IMG/VR virus record: IMGVR_UViG_3300025133_000019
Origin: a virus
Lineage: Duplodnaviria > Heunggongvirae > Uroviricota > Caudoviricetes
DNA length: 64,000 nt
Direction: 5' to 3' (one strand)
Below, in pieces: positions 18,799 to 28,176 of this stretch. A program made the translations under genes and the position numbers. Position 1 is the stretch's first letter; every line of letters starts with the position of its first letter. The notes under the pieces are model-generated. The model was not told the DNA's origin. It searched no databases and worked only from the letters and a program-made list of their open reading frames with translations.

Positions 18799-20469
18799 AT
18801 GGAAAGTAAACGACGACCAATTTTCATGACTGATTCTACAGTCATAGCTTTAAAGCAATATTTTTTAAAGAATTCCTCTATCTCATATGAAGAGTTGAAG
18901 TCTGGATTTTTGTTAACTCCAGAGCAAATTAACTCCTTGATACTTGATGATTATTTTAAACAGCAAGGTGCAGGTAGGAATAAAAGATATTCTCCAGGCT
19001 TGAAGTGGGAAACAACAGGTGTCTTTTATAGATATGGAAGCAGGGTTAAACCAGTTGATGTTTCCAAAGCATTCAAAGATATATCCACTCTAGCTGAGAA
19101 GCGTGTCTCCCATAGAACTAAAGAAGACTATCAAAGAGCTTACCTTTTTAGGATAGGAGATATAGTTTCTCTCTCTTGGGGAAACGCTCCTGCTGGTCTA
19201 GGTGTTGTCGTAGATGTTCAACCAGTTAATCGAAAGGTTTCGGTAAGGTGGCCTTATGGTACTTACCAAGAGCATGTAGACAACTTAACATTACTTCCTA
19301 GAGATAGCGGGGATAGACAACTTTCCCAGCCTACTATTGATAAAGATATATTAGGTAAAGTTCCAGAGTATTTTGACCCAGTTTCATATGTAGATGGTCA
19401 ATCTGACAATGATTCCTATTCTAATTTAGGGGAACCTTCTTTTACAGCTTCTTCAAGCAGAAGTTCAGTAATGTCTAAAGATTCTCTTAAGGTTATAGCG
19501 AAGGCTCTAGTTCCTAAGAATAGCACATTAACTGACTCATTAAATCAAGATTACATTCTTAGTCAAGCTGAGATAGTTGTATCTGTTAATACCGAGAAAG
19601 ATAATCCTTTGTATAAAGACACTCCTTGGTACATTACTCCTGAGACAGCCAGCAACGTTAATGACAATGGTGATGCCTGGACTTCAGAGGTATTGACAAA
19701 TGCTTATAAGTCCTTTAGAGGAGCTTATAATTTTTATGAGCATGAGCAAAAAGTATCTGCTAGCAAAGGAAGAGTAGTAGATGCTGTATTAAGAAAAGTT
19801 CCTTTGGGTAACGGGAAGCATCACTACGCAGTAGAGATTTTAGTAGCCACCAATAAAAAACATAAAAAATTAGCAAAAAGAATTGAAGACGGCTCAATAA
19901 AAACTCTTAGCATGGGATGTACTTGCACTTATACACAGTGCTCACAGTGCGGTCACGTTTCCTTTAACCCAGAAAATAAATGTGTTCACTTGAAGTATAA
20001 CAAAGGTGGGTCATTTATTGATCAGTACGGTGTAAGAAGAGTTGTTGCTGAGTTATGTGGTGGAGAAGCTCACCAGGATTCTGTTGAATTCGAAGAAGCT
20101 AGTTGGGTGGAGATTCCGGCATGGAGGCATGCCACTGTTCACAACATTATTAATGCATCTACTAATGTAGCTAATGTAGTCGGATATTTACAGACTAGAT
20201 TATACGGAAAGGATAGTTTTGAGATTATGTTAGAGGACGGAAAATTTCAGGATATAAAGCTTAAGTTTAAAAAGACGGCTGCTGATGATGATTTTTTCGA
20301 GGATTTTTCGGAGGAGGAGACTCCAGAAGAAGGAACTGAAGAAGAGGAAGTTAAAGAAGAGAGTCCTAAAGAACTTGAGTTTAGTGATCCAGATAATATG
20401 GATTTTAAGCCTAGTACGGAGAAAGAATTATTGGAAGAGAACCTTATTACGAGTAAAGTTCTAGTTTGA
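18799..20469 (+). CDS. Prohead maturation protease (HK97/assemblin-type fold) with N-terminal extension and Zn-ribbon insert
   Basis: NFYEH (His), KGRVVDA, LSMG (Ser), CSQCG...CVH insert, EEASWVEIPA; lies between portal and scaffold. Confidence 0.82.
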   Translation: MESKRRPIFMTDSTVIALKQYFLKNSSISYEELKSGFLLTPEQINSLILDDYFKQQGAGRNKRYSPGLKWETTGVFYRYGSRVKPVDVSKAFKDISTLAEKRVSHRTKEDYQRAYLFRIGDIVSLSWGNAPAGLGVVVDVQPVNRKVSVRWPYGTYQEHVDNLTLLPRDSGDRQLSQPTIDKDILGKVPEYFDPVSYVDGQSDNDSYSNLGEPSFTASSSRSSVMSKDSLKVIAKALVPKNSTLTDSLNQDYILSQAEIVVSVNTEKDNPLYKDTPWYITPETASNVNDNGDAWTSEVLTNAYKSFRGAYNFYEHEQKVSASKGRVVDAVLRKVPLGNGKHHYAVEILVATNKKHKKLAKRIEDGSIKTLSMGCTCTYTQCSQCGHVSFNPENKCVHLKYNKGGSFIDQYGVRRVVAELCGGEAHQDSVEFEEASWVEIPAWRHATVHNIINASTNVANVVGYLQTRLYGKDSFEIMLEDGKFQDIKLKFKKTAADDDFFEDFSEEETPEEGTEEEEVKEESPKELEFSDPDNMDFKPSTEKELLEENLITSKVLV

Positions 20470-20550
20470 TAAAAACAGCAGTAAACAGTAATACTTTATT
20501 TATATCATAATAATTATATAACTCATAATATCTTATTTGAGGAGAAAACA

Positions 20551-21624
20551 ATGAAACAAACTGTACAAGAAAGAGCTAAAGTCGCTTATGACATTGCTAG
20601 GGCACTCCTTCCTGAGCTATTCGTAGCTGATAAGGAAACCTTTAAGGCAACTGCCGGTAGGATTGCTAGACTAGAAAGCCCTCTGTTATTTAAATTGCAC
20701 GAAAGAAGCCTGCTATTAAACCACGTAGCTAAATTTGTAGACGCTTCCGCTGCTGATTACAGATGGCTAGTTGATAAGTACAATGCAGAGCACGATAGCC
20801 TTACGGAAAATTATTCAGGGCCAGAAGATGGTTCTAAAGAGGATTATGCTTATACTCCTCAAGAATGGAAAGATAAGTCAGAGGCTGACAAACTAGACAA
20901 GCATATGTCTGAAGGTCCTCTTGAGGAATCAAGAAAGGATTCAGAAGGTAGCTACGGTCCCCCTGAAGGTGGATTGGACTATCCGGATAAAAATATGCCT
21001 AAAGAATGGCCTAGCACTAAGGCTTCCGCAGAGATGGATAGTCTTAAGGCAGAGATTGCTGAACTTAAGGATCTTGTAAAAGCTTCTTATAAGTATGGTC
21101 TTTCTGATAAAGAAGATGGAGACGCAGAGAAAAAAGCGGAAGAAGAAGTTGAAGACGCAAGGGAAGCTCAAACAGATTCCGGAGCTTCTTGGACCAAGGC
21201 TTCCACAGAAGTTGTTGCTGAACCAGTAATCGCTGAAGAAGTAGAAGCTCCTATCGAGCCTATGGCTATGGAAGAAGAGATCGACGAAGAGCCTATCATA
21301 ATGGAAGAGGAAGAAGATATTGGTCTTGATGAAGAAGACGATATATTTGAGGCCGGTTTCAATATGGAAGAGGAAGAAGAGGAAGATCTAGAATTGAACT
21401 TGAACGACGATATGAGTGCTATGTATTCAGCAGCTCTAGTCGATCATGAACTCATGGATCTTTTCGGAGATGAGGGATTTAATTCCCAAGCTTCTCTCGA
21501 TGGGATTGAGGATTCAGTTAAGCTAGGTGGCGACCAAGTTCTGCCACAGGTTTTAACTAAATCAGCTAGTAAAAAAGAAAAAAATAAGGCGAACGAACTA
21601 GATAGTTTGTTTTCCCAGGATTAA
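20551..21624 (+). CDS. Capsid scaffolding protein
   Basis: Acidic, coiled-coil segment (LKAEIAELKDLV), between protease and capsid genes; SD GAGGAG. Confidence 0.65.
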   Translation: MKQTVQERAKVAYDIARALLPELFVADKETFKATAGRIARLESPLLFKLHERSLLLNHVAKFVDASAADYRWLVDKYNAEHDSLTENYSGPEDGSKEDYAYTPQEWKDKSEADKLDKHMSEGPLEESRKDSEGSYGPPEGGLDYPDKNMPKEWPSTKASAEMDSLKAEIAELKDLVKASYKYGLSDKEDGDAEKKAEEEVEDAREAQTDSGASWTKASTEVVAEPVIAEEVEAPIEPMAMEEEIDEEPIIMEEEEDIGLDEEDDIFEAGFNMEEEEEEDLELNLNDDMSAMYSAALVDHELMDLFGDEGFNSQASLDGIEDSVKLGGDQVLPQVLTKSASKKEKNKANELDSLFSQD

Positions 21625-21646
21625 TTAATATTTAAGGAGAAAGACA

Positions 21647-22153
21647 ATGGCACTTGAACAATTACATAAAGTAACTGCTCGTCCTGTATCTCTAGGTGAT
21701 GACGCTAAAACTCAGGAAAATTTCGATTTTTCTCAGAATGGGTCACCCTACCAAAATAAAACCATGGGTAAAGGTAATGACACAAACAAAGGAGTTCTAG
21801 GAGGATCTATAGGTGCTATGGATACTGACGGAACTCTAAAGAAGTGTACTGAGACCCTTAGAGCTATGGGATTATTTGGACATGACGCAGCAGGGGAAGA
21901 CTTTGAGAGCAACCGCCCAAAGGATTCTGGAGTTATTACTCTAGTATCTCTAGGATTTCATTTTGTTGATATCTATGAGACTAGAAATAAAGCTAATGGG
22001 GGAGATTTAACTTACGTTTCCGGAGAGACTTTGTACTCTTCTGGTAACGGTCTATTAACCAATGAAGATTGGGGATCTGCTCTAGTGGTTGGTGTAGTAG
22101 AAACAGCTCCTTCTGCCCTAGGCGAGAAGATGCTTATTAAGCTGTTGGTATAA
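21647..22153 (+). CDS. Capsid cement/decoration protein
   Basis: 168 aa, Gly-rich, YVSGETLY.SGNGLLT...VGVV pattern, immediately before MCP; SD AAGGAG. Confidence 0.65.
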   Translation: MALEQLHKVTARPVSLGDDAKTQENFDFSQNGSPYQNKTMGKGNDTNKGVLGGSIGAMDTDGTLKKCTETLRAMGLFGHDAAGEDFESNRPKDSGVITLVSLGFHFVDIYETRNKANGGDLTYVSGETLYSSGNGLLTNEDWGSALVVGVVETAPSALGEKMLIKLLV

Positions 22154-22163
22154 GGAGAAAATA

Positions 22164-23048
22164 ATGAGACGATTATTTGACAACGAAAATTTAAGCAGCC
22201 GAAAGAAGCATGAGCTAATTGCTAAGTATATCAGGACTCCTAAGGGACGAATGGTATTAGCAAAGTACCTTCAATCACCAGTAAAAAGACAACTTCTTTA
22301 TGAAGGGGTTTTACGAAAGGCTTTCTATGTAGAAGAACTTCTACCTGGAGCTAGCCCTTACTACGATAAGGACGTTAATGTTCCTGCGTATGTAGTTTCA
22401 GAAGAAGCGGATTCTGTAATGGCTATTCAGAGGAGCACCAGAATTGATGTTCCTATGTTTGAAATTGCAGCTAATCCAATGATTCCTTTCACTACTATTC
22501 AGGAAAAGCGATTTGACATCGTAGAGAGGACGTTAGAGCAAGGTAAGTCGGCTATCATGGAAGAAGAGGATACTCGTGGTTTTAATTTGATTGCAGCTAC
22601 TGCAACTCAGAATACTACTAACGCAGTTAACCCTACCATCGGTGTGGGTACTGGTGTAACACCAGCTCTTTTGGCAGATGCCTTCGGACAGGTAGAAAAG
22701 TGGCGATTAAGAGTTTCTAGAGTATTCTTGAACCCTCTTAACTATGCTGACATCAGGAAGTTTGATAGAGATATCCTTGATATCGAATCCCAAGCTTTCC
22801 TTTTGAAGACTGGTATTCAGAACTCTCTTTGGGGAGCACACTTGATTCAGTCTAGCGTAGTACCTGTTGACACTGTTTACGTGGTTGCAGAGCCTGAGTA
22901 TTTTGGTAGAATGCCAATTAGAACAGACTTGACTATCTTGTCTGCTGACGACAATCGCCAGCGTATGATCGGATTCTCTATGTTTGAGATTATTGGTATT
23001 GCAGTAACCAATCCACTTGGATTACAAGCTCTTAGCATTAACGAATAA
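22164..23048 (+). CDS. Major capsid protein (HK97 fold)
   Basis: 294 aa, strong SD, IMEEED, VFLNPLNYADIR, LWGAHLIQS.VVP, C-terminal IGIAVTNP; followed by a terminator. Confidence 0.88.
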   Translation: MRRLFDNENLSSRKKHELIAKYIRTPKGRMVLAKYLQSPVKRQLLYEGVLRKAFYVEELLPGASPYYDKDVNVPAYVVSEEADSVMAIQRSTRIDVPMFEIAANPMIPFTTIQEKRFDIVERTLEQGKSAIMEEEDTRGFNLIAATATQNTTNAVNPTIGVGTGVTPALLADAFGQVEKWRLRVSRVFLNPLNYADIRKFDRDILDIESQAFLLKTGIQNSLWGAHLIQSSVVPVDTVYVVAEPEYFGRMPIRTDLTILSADDNRQRMIGFSMFEIIGIAVTNPLGLQALSINE

Positions 23049-23069
23049 ACACAAGAGACAACAAAAATT

Positions 23070-23094
23070 GGCCCCTCTAGTAGGGGCCTTTTTT
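23070..23094 (+). terminator. Intrinsic terminator after MCP
   Basis: GGCCCCT-ctagt-AGGGGCC followed by TTTTTT. Confidence 0.9.
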
Positions 23095-23130
23095 ATATTC
23101 AATTGTTTTTCGATTGTTAGTAACATAGAT

Positions 23131-23155
23131 AAAAAGCTGTTTTGACAGCTTTTTT
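23131..23155. terminator. Second hairpin, possibly a bidirectional terminator
   Basis: AAAAAGCTGT-tttg-ACAGCTTTTTT. Confidence 0.6.
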
Positions 23156-23174
23156 GTTATTCTAAGGAGAATAA

Positions 23175-24041
23175 ATGAAGAAGAGATATTTTATTTGTAA
23201 TTCCGCTATTCACTTAAGCGATGCTAAGCGCACCCTATACAAGGGCAGGTATTTACTTGTGAGCCGGGGTAAAGTTTTTATCCCTTCCAAGGGAAAGCTA
23301 AAAGAGATTAGCAGTCAAGGAGACTGGGTTATTAGTAAAGCTGAGAAGGGTTTTCTTATTGAAAAGTCTGAAAAGGAATTTAACGAGTTTCTAAAAAGTG
23401 ACGTTAAAAAAGAGGTAAAAGCTGTCAATTCGACTACCGATTATCAAGAAGTCGTAACTCATGTTAAAGTTGATGATAGAATAAAAAGAGTAGATGCTCA
23501 TAAAGCTTTCTCTCAACCTTTAGCTTCTCCTTCTGTATTACGACCTCCTAAGACCGCCAGCGAACCTAGAGTTGAGACTAAGATTCATACTAACGCTGTG
23601 ACCAAGGAGAAGCCAGCTTATTCTGTAGGGTCTGGGAGCAAGGTTTCTGGTGAATTGGCAGAAAAGTTCGTGGTTATAGACACATCTGAACTAAAAAAGG
23701 CTAATCCCTTTGACTCGGAGAGTGCGTATAAGAAGGAAGCTTCGAAAGACCTTATAGTAGCGGACAAAATTGATCCTCCGGTTAAAGAGGATAAAGAAGA
23801 GAAATCACACAGAGAAAAATGGGAGGAATACGTAAAGCTTTCTAAAAAAGCTCAGAGAATTTCTTTTATAGGAGAGTTAACGTATCCAAAACTGCTTATG
23901 TTTTTCATAGATAAAACAGCAGAAATAGTGAGTACCGGGGAGTTAGATGGCCGAAAATTAACAGCTAATCTGAAGAAAATGCACCAAAATTTAATGGAAA
24001 TAATGGAGTCTCAGTTAAAGTTAGCTAGGTTTTCAGCCTAA
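23175..24041 (+). CDS. Hypothetical Lys-rich protein
   Basis: 288 aa, SD AAGGAG. Confidence 0.72.
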   Translation: MKKRYFICNSAIHLSDAKRTLYKGRYLLVSRGKVFIPSKGKLKEISSQGDWVISKAEKGFLIEKSEKEFNEFLKSDVKKEVKAVNSTTDYQEVVTHVKVDDRIKRVDAHKAFSQPLASPSVLRPPKTASEPRVETKIHTNAVTKEKPAYSVGSGSKVSGELAEKFVVIDTSELKKANPFDSESAYKKEASKDLIVADKIDPPVKEDKEEKSHREKWEEYVKLSKKAQRISFIGELTYPKLLMFFIDKTAEIVSTGELDGRKLTANLKKMHQNLMEIMESQLKLARFSA

Positions 24042-24080
24042 TTTAGTTTTATTCATTTTTTCTTCAGTTGATAAGAGGCT

Positions 24081-24584
24081 ATGAATAACTTTTTAACTAT
24101 TCCTTTATTTAATTTGAATGATGACGATTGCGGGTGTGACCACTCAGTGGTGTCCTATACCCTGGATGAGCTGAGAAATACTACCGCACCTCTTTCTAAG
24201 AGATTCGTGGGAGGGTGTAGCTCAACTTTGTATAGAGTAGACGCTAGAAATGCTAGGTGGCTATTTAAAGTTGTGTGTAACAAGCCTAAATCAGAGGGTC
24301 CTTATGTTGTAAGAGTGGGGATAGCAGATAAGTCTGATATGGATACTCCGGTTAAAGATAGGGACATGAATGTTTATTGTTCTTGCCCGTTCTTTTGGTA
24401 TTACGGAGCTGCGTATAATGCGTATGTAGAAGGTTATTTGGAAGGTAGAGATAAAAGAGGAATTCCTAGCACTCCACAAGTACCGGGAAAACAGAATATA
24501 AAAATTTGTAAACATATAACTGCGGTGATACCAAAGGTTAGAACTTATTTGTTAACGACATTTAAAAAGAGTAGAGGAAATTAA
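24081..24584 (+). CDS. SWIM zinc-finger protein
   Basis: VYCSCPFF...ICKHITAV matches CxC-x(n)-CxH. Confidence 0.8.
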   Translation: MNNFLTIPLFNLNDDDCGCDHSVVSYTLDELRNTTAPLSKRFVGGCSSTLYRVDARNARWLFKVVCNKPKSEGPYVVRVGIADKSDMDTPVKDRDMNVYCSCPFFWYYGAAYNAYVEGYLEGRDKRGIPSTPQVPGKQNIKICKHITAVIPKVRTYLLTTFKKSRGN

Positions 24585-24585
24585 T

Positions 24586-24855
24586 ATGCCGTTTTATAGT
24601 TATAGATGTGAAAGCTGTTCTCACGAGTTTGAAGAAATGAGAAGTATAAGTTCTATGGATGAAGAAAGCAGTTGTCCCGAGTGCTCCAAAAACGGTAAAA
24701 GGTTTTTTAATGTAGGCAGTGAAGTTAGTGTTATTTACACAGGTTGGGGATGGCATGATAAAAATGTTAAGCTGGCTCAACATAGAATGGAACAGAGTAA
24801 AAAAATGGAGAAGCTTCAGAAGGACAATCACCCTAGCCTGAGAGCTAGAAGATAA
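24586..24855 (+). CDS. FmdB-family zinc-ribbon protein
   Basis: MPFYSYRCESCSHEFE...CPECS...GWGWH. Confidence 0.85.
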   Translation: MPFYSYRCESCSHEFEEMRSISSMDEESSCPECSKNGKRFFNVGSEVSVIYTGWGWHDKNVKLAQHRMEQSKKMEKLQKDNHPSLRARR

Positions 24856-24864
24856 GGAGATATT

Positions 24865-25770
24865 ATGCCCGTTCGAGTACAAGTAGAGAGTAGGGATAAT
24901 GAAAAGGTTCTTCTATTTTGGAAACCCTCCGATATAAGTCTTGTTAAAGCTTATAATGTATATACTTCTTTAGAAAGAGAAGGTGTTTATACTAAGCGAG
25001 TAAGCAACCTTTTAAATAAAGCGGGGGAAACAGGGTCTGCCCCAAAGAAAATAAGAAGTTTTTATAGACAGGGTGCTGTAACTCTATCTGTTTCAGTGAA
25101 TTCTTATATAGCTGCTGATAAAGAGTTCTATGTAAAAGTAACTGAGGTTTACAAGGATAATACAGAGGAGCTTATAACAGTAGCTCCGTTTCGTTATGTA
25201 AGACTGCCAGGACGTGCCTCCACTATTATTAGAAATATAGATTTTGATAGAGAAAGAGGAATTCTGGGATGGGACGAAGAGAATAACACATACAAAAGAT
25301 TGGGAACCTCCTTATTATTGGAGGAAATAGATGAGAAACACGCTTTAGATGTAAAACTACAAGAGTCTTTAGTTAAGATAACTAATAATACAGATACAGA
25401 TTCAAACCCCATTCCAATTAGTATATCCAGAACTTCAGATCCAGTGGTTCTAAGGAAGTCAGTTTCTGTTACTGATGGTCCAGACGATGTTTTTGACAGT
25501 TTGAACTTTACCCCGGATTCGGATAAAAAATATGGTATTAGGGATATTAAAATAAGTTCCTCTAATGATATAAAATATTATTTGAAATACAACACAGACA
25601 CATTAGATCAGGGCCACTTAATTGCTCAAGACACTGTTCATACAGTGTTTTCGGGGGACTACTTTTTTGATGGGGCTGTAGCAGGCGGAGACCTAATATT
25701 AGAGATAACTTCTGAAAATGGAACAGCAGATGTGTTTTGTTTAGTTATTTTGGAGAGGCTTACTAAGTAA
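24865..25770 (+). CDS. Putative virion protein (fn3-like N-terminus, beta-sandwich C-terminus)
   Basis: VLLFW...AYNVY...FYVKVT fn3-like pattern; SD AAGGAG. Confidence 0.55.
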   Translation: MPVRVQVESRDNEKVLLFWKPSDISLVKAYNVYTSLEREGVYTKRVSNLLNKAGETGSAPKKIRSFYRQGAVTLSVSVNSYIAADKEFYVKVTEVYKDNTEELITVAPFRYVRLPGRASTIIRNIDFDRERGILGWDEENNTYKRLGTSLLLEEIDEKHALDVKLQESLVKITNNTDTDSNPIPISISRTSDPVVLRKSVSVTDGPDDVFDSLNFTPDSDKKYGIRDIKISSSNDIKYYLKYNTDTLDQGHLIAQDTVHTVFSGDYFFDGAVAGGDLILEITSENGTADVFCLVILERLTK

Positions 25771-25779
25771 GGTGGAATT

Positions 25780-26181
25780 ATGACACAACGAAGATTAGCT
25801 ATAAAATCTAGTGAAGATAGCGTATTAGTATCTCCTAGATCTCTCACTAATACGGTTAGTAGCAGTGTTGACATGTCATCTGCTGAATTAGCTCTATCCA
25901 TTACTTCTGGAAGCTCTTTTTTAATGCATTTTGTCGGAGTAGGTTTTTCTTCTAATAATGCTTTCGAAGGAGAAATAATAGTGTCTATTAAAATCGGGAC
26001 TGATCAGTTGATAATAGACTCTAGGCCCTTAGTAGGACCCTCAGGGAGTATAGATTATTTCTATCAATTCGACACTCCAATAAGTTTAGAGGCTAACAAT
26101 GAGATTATAGTAGAGACAACTACTATGAAGGGCTCTACCGTAACAGCTAAATTATTCTGCTCTAAATCAGAGTTAGTATAG
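25780..26181 (+). CDS. Small beta-rich putative virion protein
   Basis: Context and beta-strand pattern. Confidence 0.55.
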   Translation: MTQRRLAIKSSEDSVLVSPRSLTNTVSSSVDMSSAELALSITSGSSFLMHFVGVGFSSNNAFEGEIIVSIKIGTDQLIIDSRPLVGPSGSIDYFYQFDTPISLEANNEIIVETTTMKGSTVTAKLFCSKSELV

Positions 26182-26189
26182 GAGTAAAT

Positions 26190-26741
26190 ATGCCTAGCAA
26201 AGTAAACGGCAAAACTATAACAGACGAGACTTTATTAGACATTGCTTCTACTACGTCTAAAACTGATGATTACGGGGAAACGTTTCCTTTTATTCAAGCC
26301 ATAGGGGTTATTGATGCTGATCCAAAAGAATTCAAAATATCTGGCACTCAAATAACTAGCGTTAATGATAGTGTTATTCACGAGTTTCAGATTGATCATC
26401 ATGCCCCCGGACCTGTGAAGCTTCAATCATTAGAAATAGATTTATCCTGGGATGTGCTGGTAACAGGAAGTAATGCAGGGGACTTTGCTTATATTAGATG
26501 GCAATGGGCAGACTCTAGCACAGAAGTTTTTAATTACGAGGATTTTACTGATGATATCAAGGTTTTTAAAAATAATCCTACTGGAGAGGTGTTTCATCGG
26601 TACGCAAGATTTAAGGCAGTTAATGTAACAGTGCTTCCAATAAAGATTAGAGTTTTAGGCAGGGTAAGCGAAGCAGGAGTTACTCTGGACGCTCTATTTA
26701 ATAGTGATAGCCACTTTAAACACACTGTGACAATTGAATAA
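26190..26741 (+). CDS. Small beta-rich putative virion protein
   Basis: SD GGAG; resembles the C-terminal domain of 26788..28146. Confidence 0.55.
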   Translation: MPSKVNGKTITDETLLDIASTTSKTDDYGETFPFIQAIGVIDADPKEFKISGTQITSVNDSVIHEFQIDHHAPGPVKLQSLEIDLSWDVLVTGSNAGDFAYIRWQWADSSTEVFNYEDFTDDIKVFKNNPTGEVFHRYARFKAVNVTVLPIKIRVLGRVSEAGVTLDALFNSDSHFKHTVTIE

Positions 26742-26787
26742 TTTTTTGATATTCGCTTGGTTTATCAATCTGCTTTTGAGGTAAAAA

Positions 26788-28146
26788 ATGACATTATTAA
26801 GAAGAATAATTGAAAAAGAGCACGGATTAACTCGTGTTGAAATAGCTTCTGTAGAGGGTAAAGTAGATCAGGTATTGACTGACCTTACTACTCAGACTAC
26901 TACTATTACTACAGCTATAACTGACCATGATACTAGTATAGACTCCCAGTTAACAGCGATAACTGCTGCTGTAAACGCTCTTCAAAATGATGTTAGTGCA
27001 GCAATCTCATTTCCGTATGTTATTGAAAGGCCGGATGAAAATTCTAATAGAATCAATAAAATCTATTTTTATAACTACTCAGACGGAATAATTGCAGATT
27101 TATTAGGCAGTAATACCGAGCTTCCTACACTTAGAATTCTAGACGGAGCTGGAAGTGCTTTGACCAATGGTTCCAATGCTTCCACTGGCCCCAGCACTCT
27201 TATAAATAATTTAGATATGACCCGAGAGTCTGAAGGTATTTACTTTTTTGAGTTTGACCATGAGTTTCCTAATGGAGGGAGTCCTAACGCAGATGTAGGA
27301 ACCTACAGATTAGAGATCAAGTCTAAGGAATCGGAAGGGCCAGACACATTTGCTTTGCACCCCAGATCTTTTGAGGTAGTTGAATTAACAGGAATGGCTT
27401 CAGGGTTTGCAGGTTTAACCTCTGACATAGCTGATTTAGACGGGGACGTTGTTGCTTTTAGAGCTGCTGTTGATGGATGGTTAGGCGGGGCTGCTATGGT
27501 TACCGCAGGAACTGATATTTACGCAGAAATACTAGATATTAAAGGAGATATAGCTACTCTTTTAAATGAGACCCAGCAGAATATTCCGAATAAAATTGAT
27601 CTAGTGACCACAGCCGTAAATGACAATCACGGAATTACGGATGGTGTGTTTGAGGTTACCCTACCTATAATAGGGTCTACTTCTACTCTGTTGTCTGGAG
27701 ATCCTACTGATATAGCAGGAACTCCGGTGAATGGTACTTCTAATGTGATGAAAAAGTCTTCTGAGTTTAATATCCAAGTTCCTACTAGCAGTAGGGTAAC
27801 CACTGGGGTATACCAGAATATAGTTACTTACGATTTGTCCTGGAAGAGTATTATGGGAGGCGCTGGCCAAACAGGAGGCTCTGTCTGGGCTATAAGTAAT
27901 ACCGCCTACGGAGTAAATGATGATGTTACTTTGTCAGGCAGAGTATTTACTGCGACTTTAGCAGCATCTGATACAGAGACTAGGCACACTCTATACGGAG
28001 AAATTCAAGACGCTATACAGGATGGGGATTGGTACTTGACTTTAGCAGGGCAATCTACTGTTGATACTAACACTTTGACACTCACTCCTATGTCAGAAAC
28101 ACGAGTTTCTTTTGCATATACTGTAACGAGTGTGAGTCCAGTTTAA
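26788..28146 (+). CDS. Putative whisker/collar-like fibre (coiled coil plus beta domains)
   Basis: Heptad-like N-terminus (VEGKVDQVLTDL...VNALQNDV), central Ig-like domain, second coil, C-terminal beta domain. Confidence 0.5.
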   Translation: MTLLRRIIEKEHGLTRVEIASVEGKVDQVLTDLTTQTTTITTAITDHDTSIDSQLTAITAAVNALQNDVSAAISFPYVIERPDENSNRINKIYFYNYSDGIIADLLGSNTELPTLRILDGAGSALTNGSNASTGPSTLINNLDMTRESEGIYFFEFDHEFPNGGSPNADVGTYRLEIKSKESEGPDTFALHPRSFEVVELTGMASGFAGLTSDIADLDGDVVAFRAAVDGWLGGAAMVTAGTDIYAEILDIKGDIATLLNETQQNIPNKIDLVTTAVNDNHGITDGVFEVTLPIIGSTSTLLSGDPTDIAGTPVNGTSNVMKKSSEFNIQVPTSSRVTTGVYQNIVTYDLSWKSIMGGAGQTGGSVWAISNTAYGVNDDVTLSGRVFTATLAASDTETRHTLYGEIQDAIQDGDWYLTLAGQSTVDTNTLTLTPMSETRVSFAYTVTSVSPV

Positions 28147-28161
28147 TAAAACCCTTGTATA

Positions 28162-28170
28162 TGATATAAT
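28162..28170 (+). promoter_or_regulatory. Extended -10 element TGATATAAT
   Basis: Perfect TG-n-TATAAT ending 7 nt before ATG 28177. Confidence 0.55.
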
Positions 28171-28176
28171 GTGAGG

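Noticed and set aside
22164-23048. Encapsulin shell protein
   Set aside because: The size fits, but the portal-protease-scaffold context indicates a phage major capsid protein.
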